NCBI GenBank assembly: GCA_964187785.1
Contig: OZ076418.1
Coordinates: 35,402,001 to 35,466,000 of the forward strand
Direction: 5' to 3'
Length of the DNA: 64,000 nt
Source: Amphiscolops sp. MND2022
Lineage: Eukaryota
Shown: in pieces, positions 1 through 12,306 of the stretch
Layout: the number at the start of each line of letters is the position of its first letter
Position numbering within the stretch: position 1 is the first letter of the stretch
Made by a program: the position numbers and the translations under genes
Notes under the pieces: generated by a model
The model's database searches: none
What the model was told of the DNA's origin: nothing
What the model saw: only the letters and a program-made list of their open reading frames with translations

Positions 1-761
1 GGAACTGTGTGTGAAATTTTGATGCCCACTATGATTCAATCAAAGTATGAAAAAATAACAGTCAAACTAAAGCGGCAAAACGGTGCTTGATTGCGGTAAA
101 AACTCACTGGGAATAATTTGTCAAAAGAAGAAATTCTGAATCCTTCTTTTTGTGACACTTGCTGATTCTGAAAAAGTTTCTCAATTTCAAAACTGAACTC
201 GTGAAGGAAGGGCATTGAAGTACATGAACTCCACTTTTTTTTCGATGGTTGATAGTTTTTGTGAGTTGGTATTGAAATAATTCAGTGAAATAATTAGGTG
301 AAATAATTCAGTGAAATAATTCAGTGAAATAATTCAGTGAAATAATTCAGTGAAATAATTCAGTGAAATAATTCAGTGAAATAATTCAGTGAATTCCACT
401 AAATACTGCAGTGGAAATAATTAGGTGAAATAATTCAGTGAATTCCACTAAAACACTGCAGTGGAGTCCACTGCAGCTGATAGTGGATTCCACTGCGGCC
501 ATCGGTGGAGTCCACTGCAGCGTTCAGTGGAATCCACGGCAGTGTTTTGTGGAATCCACTGCAAGATCCGAATGTTTAAGGTATTTGATAGTTAAATCCA
601 ATGCTTTGCAGCGAAATTCGCTGCAGAAAAATCGCCAAAAGAGTGGAATCGACTGCAACGTAATAGCATTTGTTAGTGGATTACGCTGCACGCTTTCCAA
701 AACTGCCGTCCAGCGAAATCCACTGCAAATATTCAAAATACCCACTTTTGGCACTGTAATG
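1..761 (+). mobile_element. Right end of the large TIR DNA transposon (previous tandem-unit copy of 46196-62678)
   Basis: Near-identical to 61931-62678. Ends in the TIR ACCCACTTTTGGCACTGTAATG (740-761) followed by the 2-bp TSD AC (762-763). Subterminal GTGGA(A/T/G)TCCAC motifs at 461, 483, 505, 527 and 549. Confidence 0.85.
273..440 (+). repeat. 13-bp minisatellite (GTGAAATAATTCA)n in the transposon subterminus
   Basis: Directly visible tandem. The second copy (~62200-62357) is one unit shorter, since the offset between copies changes from 61930 to 61917. Confidence 0.9.
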
Positions 762-1167
762 ACGGTACTGTGTTTTGAAAGATAGGTCAAATACAGGTCC
801 CACACGACCGTGTTCCTCGAATATTAGCTACTTTAGACGTATGATATGGTACTGTATGATGAAAGATAGATCAAATACGAGGCCTATACAAATGTGTTCA
901 TGGAATCTTAGCTACTTTAGACCTATAGTACGGTACTGTATCTTGAAAGATAGGTCGAATACAGGTCCTATACGACAATGTCCATCGAATATTAGCTATT
1001 TTAGACGTATAATATGGTACCGTATGATGAAAGATAGATCAAATATGAGGCCTATACAAATGTGTTCATTTACGTCCTAACTACTTTAGACCTATAGTAT
1101 GATACTGTATTTTGAAAGATATATCGAATATAGGTCCTATACGACCGTGTTCATCGAATCTTAGCTC
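762..1167 (+). repeat. 84-bp minisatellite with alternating A/B units (168-bp dimer), part of the Polinton-like arm
   Basis: GATAG(G/A)TC unit starts at 781, 865 and 949, with 1033 and 1118 continuing the period. The array continues on the other side of the DNA transposon (~45905-46195) and recurs inverted at ~29790-30470. Confidence 0.9.
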
Positions 1168-1365
1168 AGGCATCAATTTTCTAGAAACTTCAAAATTTTA
1201 AAGTGAGCTCCCTGAAAACTTGGAAGCTAATACGAATATAACCCAGCATTTCTGGAAACGAGGGATCAAGGAGTATCTTTTAAAGCACCGTTTGCGACCC
1301 AAATGGTAATACCTTTCGGACAGAATTTACGATAGATCACCTGTATTTTTTCTCTGGGTTTCTAC

Positions 1366-1674
1366 TGATATACCAGATATCTATGTTGCTTGATTTTATA
1401 TCATTCCCCCAACCCCCGTATGTCTAGACTTTATAACAAATGCACTTCATCAATATAACTGATTAATATTCTAGATGTAAACTTGATGTACCCACTTTAT
1501 ATTCTGTACGATGCATTTTGATTTAGAACACAACTATAATTCATTCTTCACCAACCAGTTGTCTTCTTTTACGACCTAATATCTGCAGCTCTATTAGTGT
1601 CTCTTAAAGTACTAAGATCAAATGAACATTCCATCTTCGTCCCACTGATCTATAGTAAGAACACAAGTACTTTA
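1366..1674 (+). repeat. 5' LTR (TG...TA)
   Basis: Matches 19111-19420 apart from two substitutions I could see (ctaTgttg/ctaCgttg, gaTtaat/gaAtaat) and an apparent 1-bp difference in a C-run. Confidence 0.95.
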
Positions 1675-1676
1675 AC

Positions 1677-1690
1677 TGGTGCGACCATCT
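1677..1690 (+). promoter_or_regulatory. Putative primer-binding site
   Basis: TGGTGCGACCAT begins 2 nt after the 5' LTR. TGG is complementary to tRNA CCA. The cognate tRNA was not identified. Confidence 0.65.
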
Positions 1691-1756
1691 CGTTTCTTTC
1701 CTTTTCTACAACCAATTTTGTAATCCAAATTTTTTTTTCTCTTTCACAAAATCTTC

Positions 1757-1959
1757 TGTACTAATCACCCACCGTGATTCGACCTCGTAGTCGGTACAAA
1801 CGCAATTCTTCTTCTGTACTAATCACATATTGTGGTTCGACCTAGTAGTCGGTACATCAAAACTTTCTGTACTAATCACCTTCTGTGATTCAGTTACGCA
1901 CTGGTACACTATCTTCTCTTGTACTAATCACCTTTTGTGATTCAGCTCCTGCTGGTACA
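1757..1959 (+). promoter_or_regulatory. Four tandem three-way-junction RNA motifs in the 5' leader (candidate packaging/dimerisation signal)
   Basis: Units at 1757-1798, 1815-1856, 1868-1908 and 1920-1959. Closing stem TGTAC/GTACA; hairpin AATCAC-n5-GTG(A/G)TT; second hairpin with compensatory changes CGAC/GTCG, CAGT/ACTG, CAGC/GCTG. Confidence 0.75.
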
Positions 1960-2709
1960 CCCGTTTCTTTTCTTATAACCATTTTTCATACTTTAACTCT
2001 CTAATATACCTTCCTTTTCATTTTTGTATCGCTCCTTTTCCTAACCCACATTTCTTCACCATCACTTCACAATTCTCCATATTATTTCATGCCTTCTTTG
2101 AATGACTCCGTTTGTATTTGTTTAATCCTCCTTTATATTTTTGGTCTTTGCGCAATTGTTTTGCTCCTTGTTGACAAATTCATCCTGCCTTTTATTCCCC
2201 ACGCCTTTGATCAATATAGAACTTCATCACTTTAATAATTATATATGTTTCTCACCGAAAATCTTGCCACTATTATCCTTTTCGTTTCCTATATCTTCGC
2301 CATGATCGTTTTTCTAATGCTTCTTATTGAAAAAATCGTTCACTCTCTTTTCAACTAAATTCCCTTTCTTTCCATTTTCCCTTTTTCTTTCCCTATCACC
2401 TCCTTGATTTTTCCGCTTATTTTATTAACACCTCCCCTATCCTTTCGTACCATTCTCCTTTTCCTCACTTTGTTTGAACCTCCTCTTCCTTCACCCCACT
2501 CCCCTCCTTGCCCTTTTCCAACTTCTTTTTCTTTCCCTTTTCCTCATAACTACATCCATATATTTTTATCCCTCTTTCCTCTCCTTTTACACTTATCTTC
2601 GCCTCAAAATCCATCGGTACTTTCATCCTCTTCCTACTGAACCATCTATTCACCCTGACGTAATTATGGATTGGATTTGGTTACATTTCAATCCTCATAA
2701 ACACTCCTA

Positions 2710-5430
2710 ATGACTGATTCACATCTCCTTCTCCCCCTTCCTTTCGCCTCAAACCCCTCTCAACGTATTACCCGTGATATTTCACACACTCTTCTCCCAT
2801 TCCTCAACAATCTTATCTATAATTCAACCACTCCTCTTTCTTTTGAAACCTACCCGGAAGATATTTACACTACCCCACTAATTCGTGAACATCATGATTC
2901 CTATTTATATTATATTGCCACCAACTCACTTCTTCCAAATTCTGACGAACCCCCATTTTCTATTCCGTTCACTTCTCCCACAACTCACTGTGATACTTTT
3001 CAAAAAAATATCCATCCCAATAATATTCAAATTCCAATCGCCCATGTATTTACAACTTTTCTAAACAATCTCCAAGAAAAAAATAACCTTCTACCTAAAC
3101 ATGTTTTTAACCCTTCCTCCATTCAAGAACTTCTTCAAAAGGAATCTCTTTTTGACCTTCCTAATATTGAACAATTTCGCACTATTGAAAATAATCCTCA
3201 CCATTGGCTTTTCACAGATATACTTCAAATTCATCACTTTCAAAATCAATTTTTCCAAAATATTACCCTCAATAAAAATACCAAAGAACAAATTCAAATA
3301 TACTCCCTTTTTCTTCGCAAATTCTTCCGACATAATTACCAACTAATTTGGCATTCAAAATTTCAAAATGCCTGTAAAAACTTTCCGCAACAATTCACCA
3401 CTGATGAACTTCTACCTTTCCTCGATACTACTGATAACCAACATCCCCACTATTATAACCTTCTTGAATTTCCCTCCTCTCATTTTGTATATCTTATCTA
3501 TGATTCTAATAGTATTGATAAAAGCCTCAATCTTCCTCCTCCTGTCCGCCCTTATTTCCATCAACCCAATATTCCTCCTTCGAATGAGACAATTTCTACA
3601 GCTTCTATTCAAACTCTCTCTTCCTCGTCACATTCTGTGACAAATCCTACTTCATCTTTAACTCGACATATCTCTCCCCCTACCTATCAAGACACATCTT
3701 TAAACCACAACAATCCTCCTTCTACTTCTCAAATCACAACAATTCACAACAATCCTCCTCTCTCTCATTCACCCAATCAATACACAACCCCTTCTAACAC
3801 CCCACCTGCTGTTATTAGTAATCCCGTTCAACATTCAACTTTCCAAATTCCTTCATTAAACCCAATTCCACTTTCTTTAAATACCACTATGCCTGCTCAA
3901 TTTTTTTCTCAAAATCCTCCATCTTCTTCTACTCAAAACCATTCTACTCTTCAAACAACTTCTTCCACAACCCAATCTACATCATATAACCCTTATATTT
4001 CTCTTTATCCTACCTTTCAAAATTTCCCCACTAACTCTTTTCAACCCCCTCCAAATCCCCCTAATTCGCTCCCTCCCACTTCCACATTATCATTCAATCC
4101 TTCTTCCTCTTATCCTTCATTTCCTTTTCCAACCACTCCTTCTGTTCCTTTTGCTGCCCTTTCCGACCCTATTAAACTTTTTGATGGCTTAGATCATACC
4201 TATCCTCCAGAAAAATTCTTAGCCCACCTCAGCGCCCGTGTTACATTTCAACTTGGACCTCAACCTGTAGATATTCACTCATATTTAACTTGGCATTCTC
4301 GCCGAATGTCTCTTCTGTATTGTTCCCTCACAGGAACTGCTTCCAATTGGTATGACCGTCTCCCACAAGTTTATAAAGATGATTGGTCATCCTTTCTTCA
4401 AATTTTTAAGAAACAATTCTATTCCCAAAAACACGCATATCATGCTCAAATTGAAGCTCTTTCCCTTCTTAAAAAGGATAATGAAAATGTCCGTCACTTC
4501 GCCCTTAAAGTCGAAACCCTTGTAAAACAAGGTTGGTACAATGAATATCCTTCAACGATTAATCTTAAATGTAATGAAACTTTTACCCGTGGTCTCCCTA
4601 AAAAGTTAAAAGATTTCGCTAACAAACGTCAAGTTAAACATATTTCAAGTTCATTAGAACCATCAATCCCATTTCATTCTCTTGTTAATATGGTTGATTC
4701 CGAAGATATTACTCTTGAAAAAATTAAAACTCAAGAACTTTCCCTTGAAATTAACAATTTGTCTAATACCTTCCAACAGAATACAACAATTCAAGATTCT
4801 CCTCCAGAACCTCCACAAGTTCAAGTAATGGATCCTAATAATAAATCAAAACCCCAATTCAAAAAATATTGTTCATTCTGCCATAAAAACAATCACTCTG
4901 TTTCAACTTGTTTCCGCCGTCTCAATATGCTTAAAGAATCAAAACCACAATCTAGATCTCCGACTCCCACATTTTATCAACATTTTAAAAATCCTTCCAA
5001 TAAACCTCATTATTCTCCCCACCGTAGTCGAAGTTATAGTAATCCTCCTCGCAAATCTTCTCGCGACACTCGATATCAATCCCGTTCCTATTCACGTTCA
5101 CATTCACGTCCCCGGTATAATACTAAAACCTACTCCCGAACATATTCGCCTTATCACAATCGTGATAGATCTCGATATGATAAACATTATAACCATACTC
5201 AATATAAACCATATCTTCTACACGCTCATATTATAGTTCTAATTCCTCCCGTAGTCCCTCTAAATATTACCCTCGTTCTCGTGAACGTTCCTCAAATTTT
5301 AACACCTCTACCTTCAACAGATATAATTCTCCTTATCGTCCTCCTTCTAAACCACGTAATGATCGCTATCGTAGTAGATCTCATTCAAACTCGCACAACC
5401 ATCCTCAAACCCAATACAAACCCTCTATAA
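2710..5430 (+). CDS. gag: Gag (capsid-like region, CCHC knuckle, RS-rich tail); joins Pol after a 1-nt frameshift at ~5210
   Basis: LFDGLDHTYPPEKFL capsid-type region and CSFCHKNNHSVSTC knuckle. The RS-rich sequence continues in the -1 frame from 5214 straight into ORF 5499. Confidence 0.9.
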   Translation: MTDSHLLLPLPFASNPSQRITRDISHTLLPFLNNLIYNSTTPLSFETYPEDIYTTPLIREHHDSYLYYIATNSLLPNSDEPPFSIPFTSPTTHCDTFQKNIHPNNIQIPIAHVFTTFLNNLQEKNNLLPKHVFNPSSIQELLQKESLFDLPNIEQFRTIENNPHHWLFTDILQIHHFQNQFFQNITLNKNTKEQIQIYSLFLRKFFRHNYQLIWHSKFQNACKNFPQQFTTDELLPFLDTTDNQHPHYYNLLEFPSSHFVYLIYDSNSIDKSLNLPPPVRPYFHQPNIPPSNETISTASIQTLSSSSHSVTNPTSSLTRHISPPTYQDTSLNHNNPPSTSQITTIHNNPPLSHSPNQYTTPSNTPPAVISNPVQHSTFQIPSLNPIPLSLNTTMPAQFFSQNPPSSSTQNHSTLQTTSSTTQSTSYNPYISLYPTFQNFPTNSFQPPPNPPNSLPPTSTLSFNPSSSYPSFPFPTTPSVPFAALSDPIKLFDGLDHTYPPEKFLAHLSARVTFQLGPQPVDIHSYLTWHSRRMSLLYCSLTGTASNWYDRLPQVYKDDWSSFLQIFKKQFYSQKHAYHAQIEALSLLKKDNENVRHFALKVETLVKQGWYNEYPSTINLKCNETFTRGLPKKLKDFANKRQVKHISSSLEPSIPFHSLVNMVDSEDITLEKIKTQELSLEINNLSNTFQQNTTIQDSPPEPPQVQVMDPNNKSKPQFKKYCSFCHKNNHSVSTCFRRLNMLKESKPQSRSPTPTFYQHFKNPSNKPHYSPHRSRSYSNPPRKSSRDTRYQSRSYSRSHSRPRYNTKTYSRTYSPYHNRDRSRYDKHYNHTQYKPYLLHAHIIVLIPPVVPLNITLVLVNVPQILTPLPSTDIILLIVLLLNHVMIAIVVDLIQTRTTILKPNTNPL

Positions 5431-5498
5431 ATCTTACACATCCATCTACACCACCTCCTCAAACAAACTCCCAAACAGAATCTATTTTTGAAATCAAT

Positions 5499-8400
5499 AT
5501 GTATCATCCTAATATCTCCTCGCCCCAATTTTCTTCCACTTCCTCTGAACATGCTAATGCTATTACACCTTCCACTTGGTTCGTTAATCTATATATTTTC
5601 AAACCTAGTGAAGATACCTCTATTCCTTCTAAATTAGAACTCTTATTTCTTCTTGACAGTGGTGCATCCATTTGTGTATTAAATTTACCCACTTTTACCA
5701 TTTTAGCTGAACACTTCTTAAAATGTTCAACACATTCTCCACATCAAAACGAATACAAAACGTTAACTGTTGCCAATAAATCCGAAGTACCCATTCTTCA
5801 TAATATAATACTTACACTCCATACTTCTCTTAATGGAAATACTCGTACCCTTGTTATTCCTTTTGCAGTCGCATATATTAAATATAACATACTTGGAACT
5901 CCCTTCTTTGAAAAATATGTTAAAACTCTTAATATTGAAAACATGTTCCTCACATTTAACACTCCACACGAATCTCGTATTAACACTCTCCCTTTTACAG
6001 CCCATAAGGAAAAAGATTATCCATATTTTTCATATATATACACAATTAATGTTAAAATCAAATTTTATTTTAAACCCAACGCATCGCAAATTATTCATTT
6101 CCCTATTCAACCGACACTCCCGCTCACATTTAAAACCTCCGACAATGAAGTTATATTTCCTTCTACACCTCATCCATTTTTTAATACACGCTTCAATTCC
6201 ACCTTTAATTTTCTCCAAGTCTATCAAAATGTTAAAACTGAACCTTCAACCTGTTCTGTCATCATTCAAAATATTACACATCACTCCGCTACCCTTACTC
6301 CTGGATATATTGGATATATTGAAGTTCCTGCCACAAACATTCAACCCTCTCGCTATAAAGTAAATGATGTAAATTCTTTAATACATTCCGTATTCCATTC
6401 TTATTATCCTGATCTTTCAGAACCAAAACCTCCCCGTAGACGTTCTTCTCTCCGCAATCCTCAAATTGAAATAAACAATTTGCAGCCTTCCCAAATTTTA
6501 ACACGACCCCTTCCACCTTTACCATATTCACCAGATACTCAACAATTTCTTAACAAATTCAAATTTCAATATTCAGATGTTTCTGATGAAGAATATTTAC
6601 AACTGTGTTCCATTCTTGTCAAATACCGCACATGCTATGCAACACATAAAAATGATGTTGGTCAAATAGCTACCCCTTTTCGAATTCGCCTTAAACCCAA
6701 TGCTAAACTTCAAACCCAACGTCCTACCAAAGTTCCTATTCATTATAGGGAAAAATTGAAAAAACTTCTTGATGAATTAGAAAAACACAATATCATTCGC
6801 CAAATTGGTTCCACTCCCTCTGATAAATCCATCTATGGTACCACGTTTTTAAATCCTCTCATCATCATCCCCAAAGGAGACACTATTAAAGTTGTTTTAG
6901 ACGCACGTCATCTTAACTCTAATACCGATCAATCTTTTGAATCTTGGACTATTGAACCTTTAGCTCCCCAACTTGCACGCGCTAACAAAAAATTTAAATC
7001 CGCTATTGATCTTATGTATGCTTATGCTCACGCTCCATTAGATGAAGAAACTATTACTTCAACCAGTTTCTCCTCCGGTGACAAACTTTACGCTTTTATT
7101 CGTGGATTTTATGGTCTTAAAGGCCTACCCAATTTTTTACCAAACAAATGTATTCATTTTTCCAAAAACTTATTGACCAGGGCTTTGCACTAGTTTATAT
7201 TGATGACATCCTTCTTCTCGCCCATACCAAACCTCATATGTTAAATTTAATAGAACAACTTCACCAAATTTGTCAAACAAATAATCTTAAAATTGCCCCT
7301 GAAAAATCCTTCTATATTCTTCTCACTGTTAAATTTCTTGGACATGAAATTGGCAATAACACCATTAAACCTATTTCTTCCAAAATTGTTGCTATTCACC
7401 AATTAAAAACACCTACTTCTAAAACTGAATTAATGCGCTTCATCGGATCAATGAATTTTTACTCTAAATTCATCAATAAACTTCATATTTCTTTGAAACC
7501 TTTTTACACTCTTCTCCATGATGACATTTCATTTAAATGGACTCCTGAGTTAGACAAACTCTTTAATCAAATTAAACTTTCTCTTTCCAAAGATGCAGAA
7601 CTTGCTATTCCCAATACTACCCATCCATTCTACATAACAGTAGACGCCTCTTTAATAGGTTTAGGCGCAGTCTTATTTCAACCGAACTCCAAAAACAAAA
7701 TGCAAATAATTTCCTATAATTCCCGTATTTCAACAACCCAAGAACAAAAACTCTCTACTTATGATAGAGAACTTTGTGCTATTACCTTTGCCCTTTCCCA
7801 ATATGAATTTATTATTATTGGCTCCAAATTTCCTATAACTGTTTTTACAGATCATAACCCTATTCTTTTCCTCTTCACACGCAAAGGCAACCTAACTCCT
7901 AGACAATATAAAGCTCAAATGCTATTAACCAAATTTTCAAACTTGCAAATCATTCATACCGCTGGTACAAACCTTACTGTAGCTGATATGCTCAGTAGAG
8001 ATTTTTCAACTATTAATGCTAAAACTTGCCAACTCCACCATAAAACTCTTCCTCCTCATATTGATTTCCTACAACTCAAACAAAATAATATTTTGAAACC
8101 TATTCATTATCTCGTAAAACATGAAGATGTACTCCCTACACAAAAAAATGATTCACACTTAAGATTAGCCGATTATGGTGATGATCAATTTACACTCCGT
8201 ATCCAAGATAAAGGCAATGTTGTTAAATATACTCCTCTTGACTCCTTTTCTTTTCAATCTGTTTCCTCATTTTTAAATAAATACAAAAAACCTGTCAAAA
8301 ACAAAGTTAAAACTCTCCTCCAAGAAAACCCTCTTTTAAACGAAACTGATTTATATGACACAGACGATCCTGTTCTTAAACGAATTCCTCAACAATATTC

Positions 8401-10624
8401 ACAAACATCTCATGAACTTCACACCCTTTTTACAGAAGTACAACATCACTATTTTAACGACATTAATTTGTCACAAGATATTCTAACCAACTTTATAAAC
8501 TCCCCTCCTATTATTAATCATACTCTTCACAGTAATGCTATAACACCAACTTCCCCAAAAACCATAAATACTCAATCTTTGCCATTTTTTGACCCTTCCT
8601 TCTTTGCCCACCGTAAGGCATTTGACAATTTTTTCCTTCCTTCTGACACCTTCTTAACATTACCCATCTTACTTCAAGCTCAAAAGGATGATCCTGTTCT
8701 TTCTACAGTATATACATGGTTAAAACAAAAACAGAGACCTCACTCTTTGACCCCAATTATTAAAGCAAATTCTTTTTTATATACATATTACAAACAATTC
8801 CAACATCTATATCTAGACCCAAACTCTCACCTCATCCAATACTATACCCCCAATTCTCGAATTTTTGAAGAAATTTTTCTTAAAACTCAACCCTCTATTA
8901 ACCAGACACGTATATGTTTACCATTTAAACTTTTTTATGCCGCATTTAATAAAACACATTCTCATGGCCACTCCGGTGAAAAACTCTCTATTAAAACTTT
9001 TAACCAATTTTATTTTATTCCTCATCTACCTTTATGGTTCTCAATCTTCACCCATGACTGTATTGACTGCCAGACAAACAAACATTTTCCAAATAAACCC
9101 CAAAACATTTCTCCTCCCCTTCCCTTTTATGAAAACGCTACTCACTTTAATTACCGGATTTCTATGGACACTAAAGGTCCTATTTCCCCATCTTCTCAAA
9201 ACAACTCCTATATTTTTGTTATTATTGACGCATTTAGTCATTTCGTCGTTACTAACCCAGCTCCTAACATTAATTCCAAATATGCAATTCAAACTCTTCT
9301 CCATCATTGGATCACAAAGTTTGGTCCCCCTCAATACCTTGTCACAGATCGAGGTACTGAATATATTAATCAAGACATGGCTCATCTTTGTTCTCTCTTT
9401 CATATTAACCATTCACCTCGAACTCCCTATTCACCATGGACCAATGGTTTGGTCGAAGTCCAAAATAGAAACCTTGGAACTCATCTCCGGATATTTTTAC
9501 AAAATCCTCCTACTAACTGGTCATTTCAAACTCAAATGTACGCATATGCTCATAATACAACACCTCTTTCTCAGCTTAAACTTTCTCCATATCAGATCGT
9601 TTTCCATACCCATCCTCGCATACCTCTCACCTTTTCCCTTAATCTACCTCGAGATGCTCAAAAAAATTGTATTGCAACTTATTGCGAATCTCTTTCTCCT
9701 CATTCACATTATAGTACTCAAGATCTTAACCCATTTTTTCATTCTCTTCTTGACAAACCCATCTCCTCGTGGCTTTTAGCAGCTGAAACCGCAATGCTAG
9801 AAATATATTCAACTGTTCACCGCCATATAAACCATAAACTCAATTCCCTAAGTTCTACATTTGAAACAACCCACTTGAAACAACTACCTCTTAATACCTT
9901 CGTTATACATACAAACTTTAAACCAGTTAATTTTTCAAAAAAGCTCAAACCTCTCCGAATTGGCCCCTATAAAATACTTAAACATCTTTCTGAAGTAACA
10001 TACGAGCTCCTTTCTCAAGATGGCTCTACATTTCAAACTCACCGAAATCATATTCTGCCATATTACCCTAAAGAACCTATAATTTTTCCATACATTAAAC
10101 ATTATCATTCTACCCCTTCTCTTATTAACAACCCTGATACTGACTCTTACCAAGACACCTTTTCTCAATTCTCCTCTTTAGATTTACAACATAATTCTAA
10201 TTCGTCTCAGACTCCTCCTTCCTCCAAATCCAAACACTTTAACAGCTTCCCCCCTTCCATTCCTAACTACCAAAACCTTTCACATTATTCTTCCTTACAA
10301 GATCATTTAGACCATATTCCTTTCTCTACTACCAAACCTTTACAATCTTCCTCCTCTCAAGATAATCTTGATAATACAATAGACTCTCACGATTCAGATT
10401 TTGAAATGCTTCCAAATCCTATTTATTATTCAAACTCCTCACCTAACTCTTTCCCTCAGTTCTTTCTTCGTGTTGCTGATTCCCCTGATACTTCTTCATC
10501 TTCTTTACTTGAATCCCCCAATGAACCAACTTACCAACGAGCTCCTCATTCCCCATACATTTTACGTTCCCTCCCTCCTCGACATTATAATTCATCCAAA
10601 CCAAACATTAGCTTTCCTCCTTGA
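5499..10624 (+). CDS. pol: Pol: aspartic protease, RT, RNase H, integrase (split by a 1-nt deletion in a T-run at ~7133-7138)
   Basis: Protease LLDSGAS. RT VLDARHLN, AIDLMYAY, RGFYGLKGLPNF, VYIDD. RNase H TVDASLIGLGAVL, YDRELCA, TDHNP. Integrase HSHGH..CIDC, SMDTKGP, VTDRGTEY, NGLVEVQN, plus IGPY (GPY/F) motif. Confidence 0.95.
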
Positions 10625-10979
10625 TTAATATTCATTTTTTAAATGGATTTTCTCTCTCCTATTGTCCTCAGTCTAGACTTTTTTAAGTTCGACATGTGAC
10701 AATTTAATTAACCATTTTCTTCTAGTTCCATCTCCCCATTCTATCTCAAAAACACAAGCTGAACAGTTGCTTTCATCAAGACTGTTGCTTTCATCAAGAT
10801 TTGTTGTCATACAGAAACCATTAATATACAAAATCTAATCTTCAATTCTTTTCCTTCAATTCATTCATCATTGTCTCTACTTCCAATACTAATATCTGTT
10901 CATCCCTTCCTATTTAATAATAATCTTAAAAATTTGTTTTTTTTTCTTTTTTGTTTCCATCCTGGATCTCACTGTATTC

Positions 10980-12302
10980 TTGTCCGACTCTTCCTCTCGA
11001 ACCTCTTCTACCGTTTCAACTGACATTATACCTTCTTCACAAACTTCTGTATCAACTCAACAACCTCCTTTAAACCCTATCCCAATTACCCCTTCTTTAG
11101 ATACCACCCCTGTTAATACTCCAACCCATACTCCTCTTCAAACCTCTGTACCTCAACAAACTCAAACTTCTTTAACTCTTCCACTCTCTGATACAGAATT
11201 TCCTTTTGACATAACCCCTAATCATTCTCCACCTTCCTCTTCCTTTCATATTCCTGATCCAAGTGACATTAACCCTACTCTTCTTCGAAATATTAATAAC
11301 CCCACTCTTCCTCGATTAAAACTTATTCCTACTTCTATAAAATCTTTTCGCCGTCGCTCCCAATTAGATAATTCTCTTTCTATCCCTCCACCTTGTTCTC
11401 ACACCTCTACTAAGTCTTCTTTACCTCCTCCTAAACCTCTTAAAATCCCCGTACTTGAATCTATTGATTCACTCCAGAAAAAATCAGATTTGAGTGAGAT
11501 CGATTCAACTACTTCCTCTCTTCTTTACCCACGTCTTCCACTTTCCAATTCTGCTTCTAAATATACAACTTCTTCCTTAGATAATCTTCTTGACACTTCC
11601 TCTGAATCTACTATTCGCCATCCCCTTCGTCATAGATATAATCTCCGTAATAACCGTCGTCCTTCTCCTTCCCTTGCAAGCACTAACTCTTCTCTTTTAC
11701 GCCACCACGCTCAATCTCTTTCTTCAGAATCCCTTTCAAACGCAGAAAACACTCCTACTTCTGGAATTGACACTGTCTTTTCTCAACGTTCCTCTATTTC
11801 TTCTTATAATCACACTGGTCATCTTTTCTCTCGCCCAACTTCTCAAAATTCCAGTCTTCTTTCATCTGACAATCACTTACTTAACATTGATCTTACCACT
11901 GATCAATATTCTACTCCTCCTACACCTAATCGTGTCGATTATCCTCTAATTGTAAATCATACACTTGTTAATAGCCCCCGCCAAGATCCTCGTTTTCTTC
12001 ATCTTGCCACTCATAAACTTAATTCAAATCTCCATATTTCCGACACACGTCGTCGTAAAGAATTTCTCCGTCTCGAAGAACCGAGTTTAGAACTTAAATT
12101 TGAAATTAACGTCAAATTCCATAACTTAAGTCCTCATCTCATTCCTTCCCATACAACAATAAATTTTAAATCTCTTCCCCATCCATTTATTGCCACCAAT
12201 CTTAGTCTTTTTGTTAGTGATCATCCACCATTTCGTCTTTTACACGGTTCAATTACTTTTCTTAATACCCTCACCTTTTTAAAATACACTGCCCAATTTT
12301 AA
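10980..12302 (+). CDS. Ser/Pro/Thr-rich accessory ORF (440 aa) with no AUG codon
   Basis: Open for 1.3 kb between pol and env. Basic patch RHRYNLRNNRR. The only Met in the ORF-track translation is the initial TTG. Confidence 0.6.
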   Translation: MSDSSSRTSSTVSTDIIPSSQTSVSTQQPPLNPIPITPSLDTTPVNTPTHTPLQTSVPQQTQTSLTLPLSDTEFPFDITPNHSPPSSSFHIPDPSDINPTLLRNINNPTLPRLKLIPTSIKSFRRRSQLDNSLSIPPPCSHTSTKSSLPPPKPLKIPVLESIDSLQKKSDLSEIDSTTSSLLYPRLPLSNSASKYTTSSLDNLLDTSSESTIRHPLRHRYNLRNNRRPSPSLASTNSSLLRHHAQSLSSESLSNAENTPTSGIDTVFSQRSSISSYNHTGHLFSRPTSQNSSLLSSDNHLLNIDLTTDQYSTPPTPNRVDYPLIVNHTLVNSPRQDPRFLHLATHKLNSNLHISDTRRRKEFLRLEEPSLELKFEINVKFHNLSPHLIPSHTTINFKSLPHPFIATNLSLFVSDHPPFRLLHGSITFLNTLTFLKYTAQF

Positions 12303-12306
12303 AAAA

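Noticed and set aside
438-1080. ORFs 438-785, 524-805, 775-1080, their copies at 62355-62997, and 29856-30506, 37702-38133, 52322-52806
   Set aside because: Open frames generated by tandem repeats; periodic peptides with no domain signal.
1757-1959. Hammerhead ribozymes in the three-way junctions
   Set aside because: No CUGANGA/GAAA core on either strand; the junctions have only one unpaired base.
5208-5430. Programmed gag/pol -1 frameshift
   Set aside because: No in-frame X XXY YYZ heptamer found. Composition switches frame immediately at ~5214, which fits a 1-nt deletion better.
2404-9800. Overlapping or antisense ORFs within gag-pol (e.g. 5833-6363, 8865-9779, minus-strand ORFs)
   Set aside because: Expected by-products of the skewed composition; Leu/Ile-rich shadow frames with no motifs.
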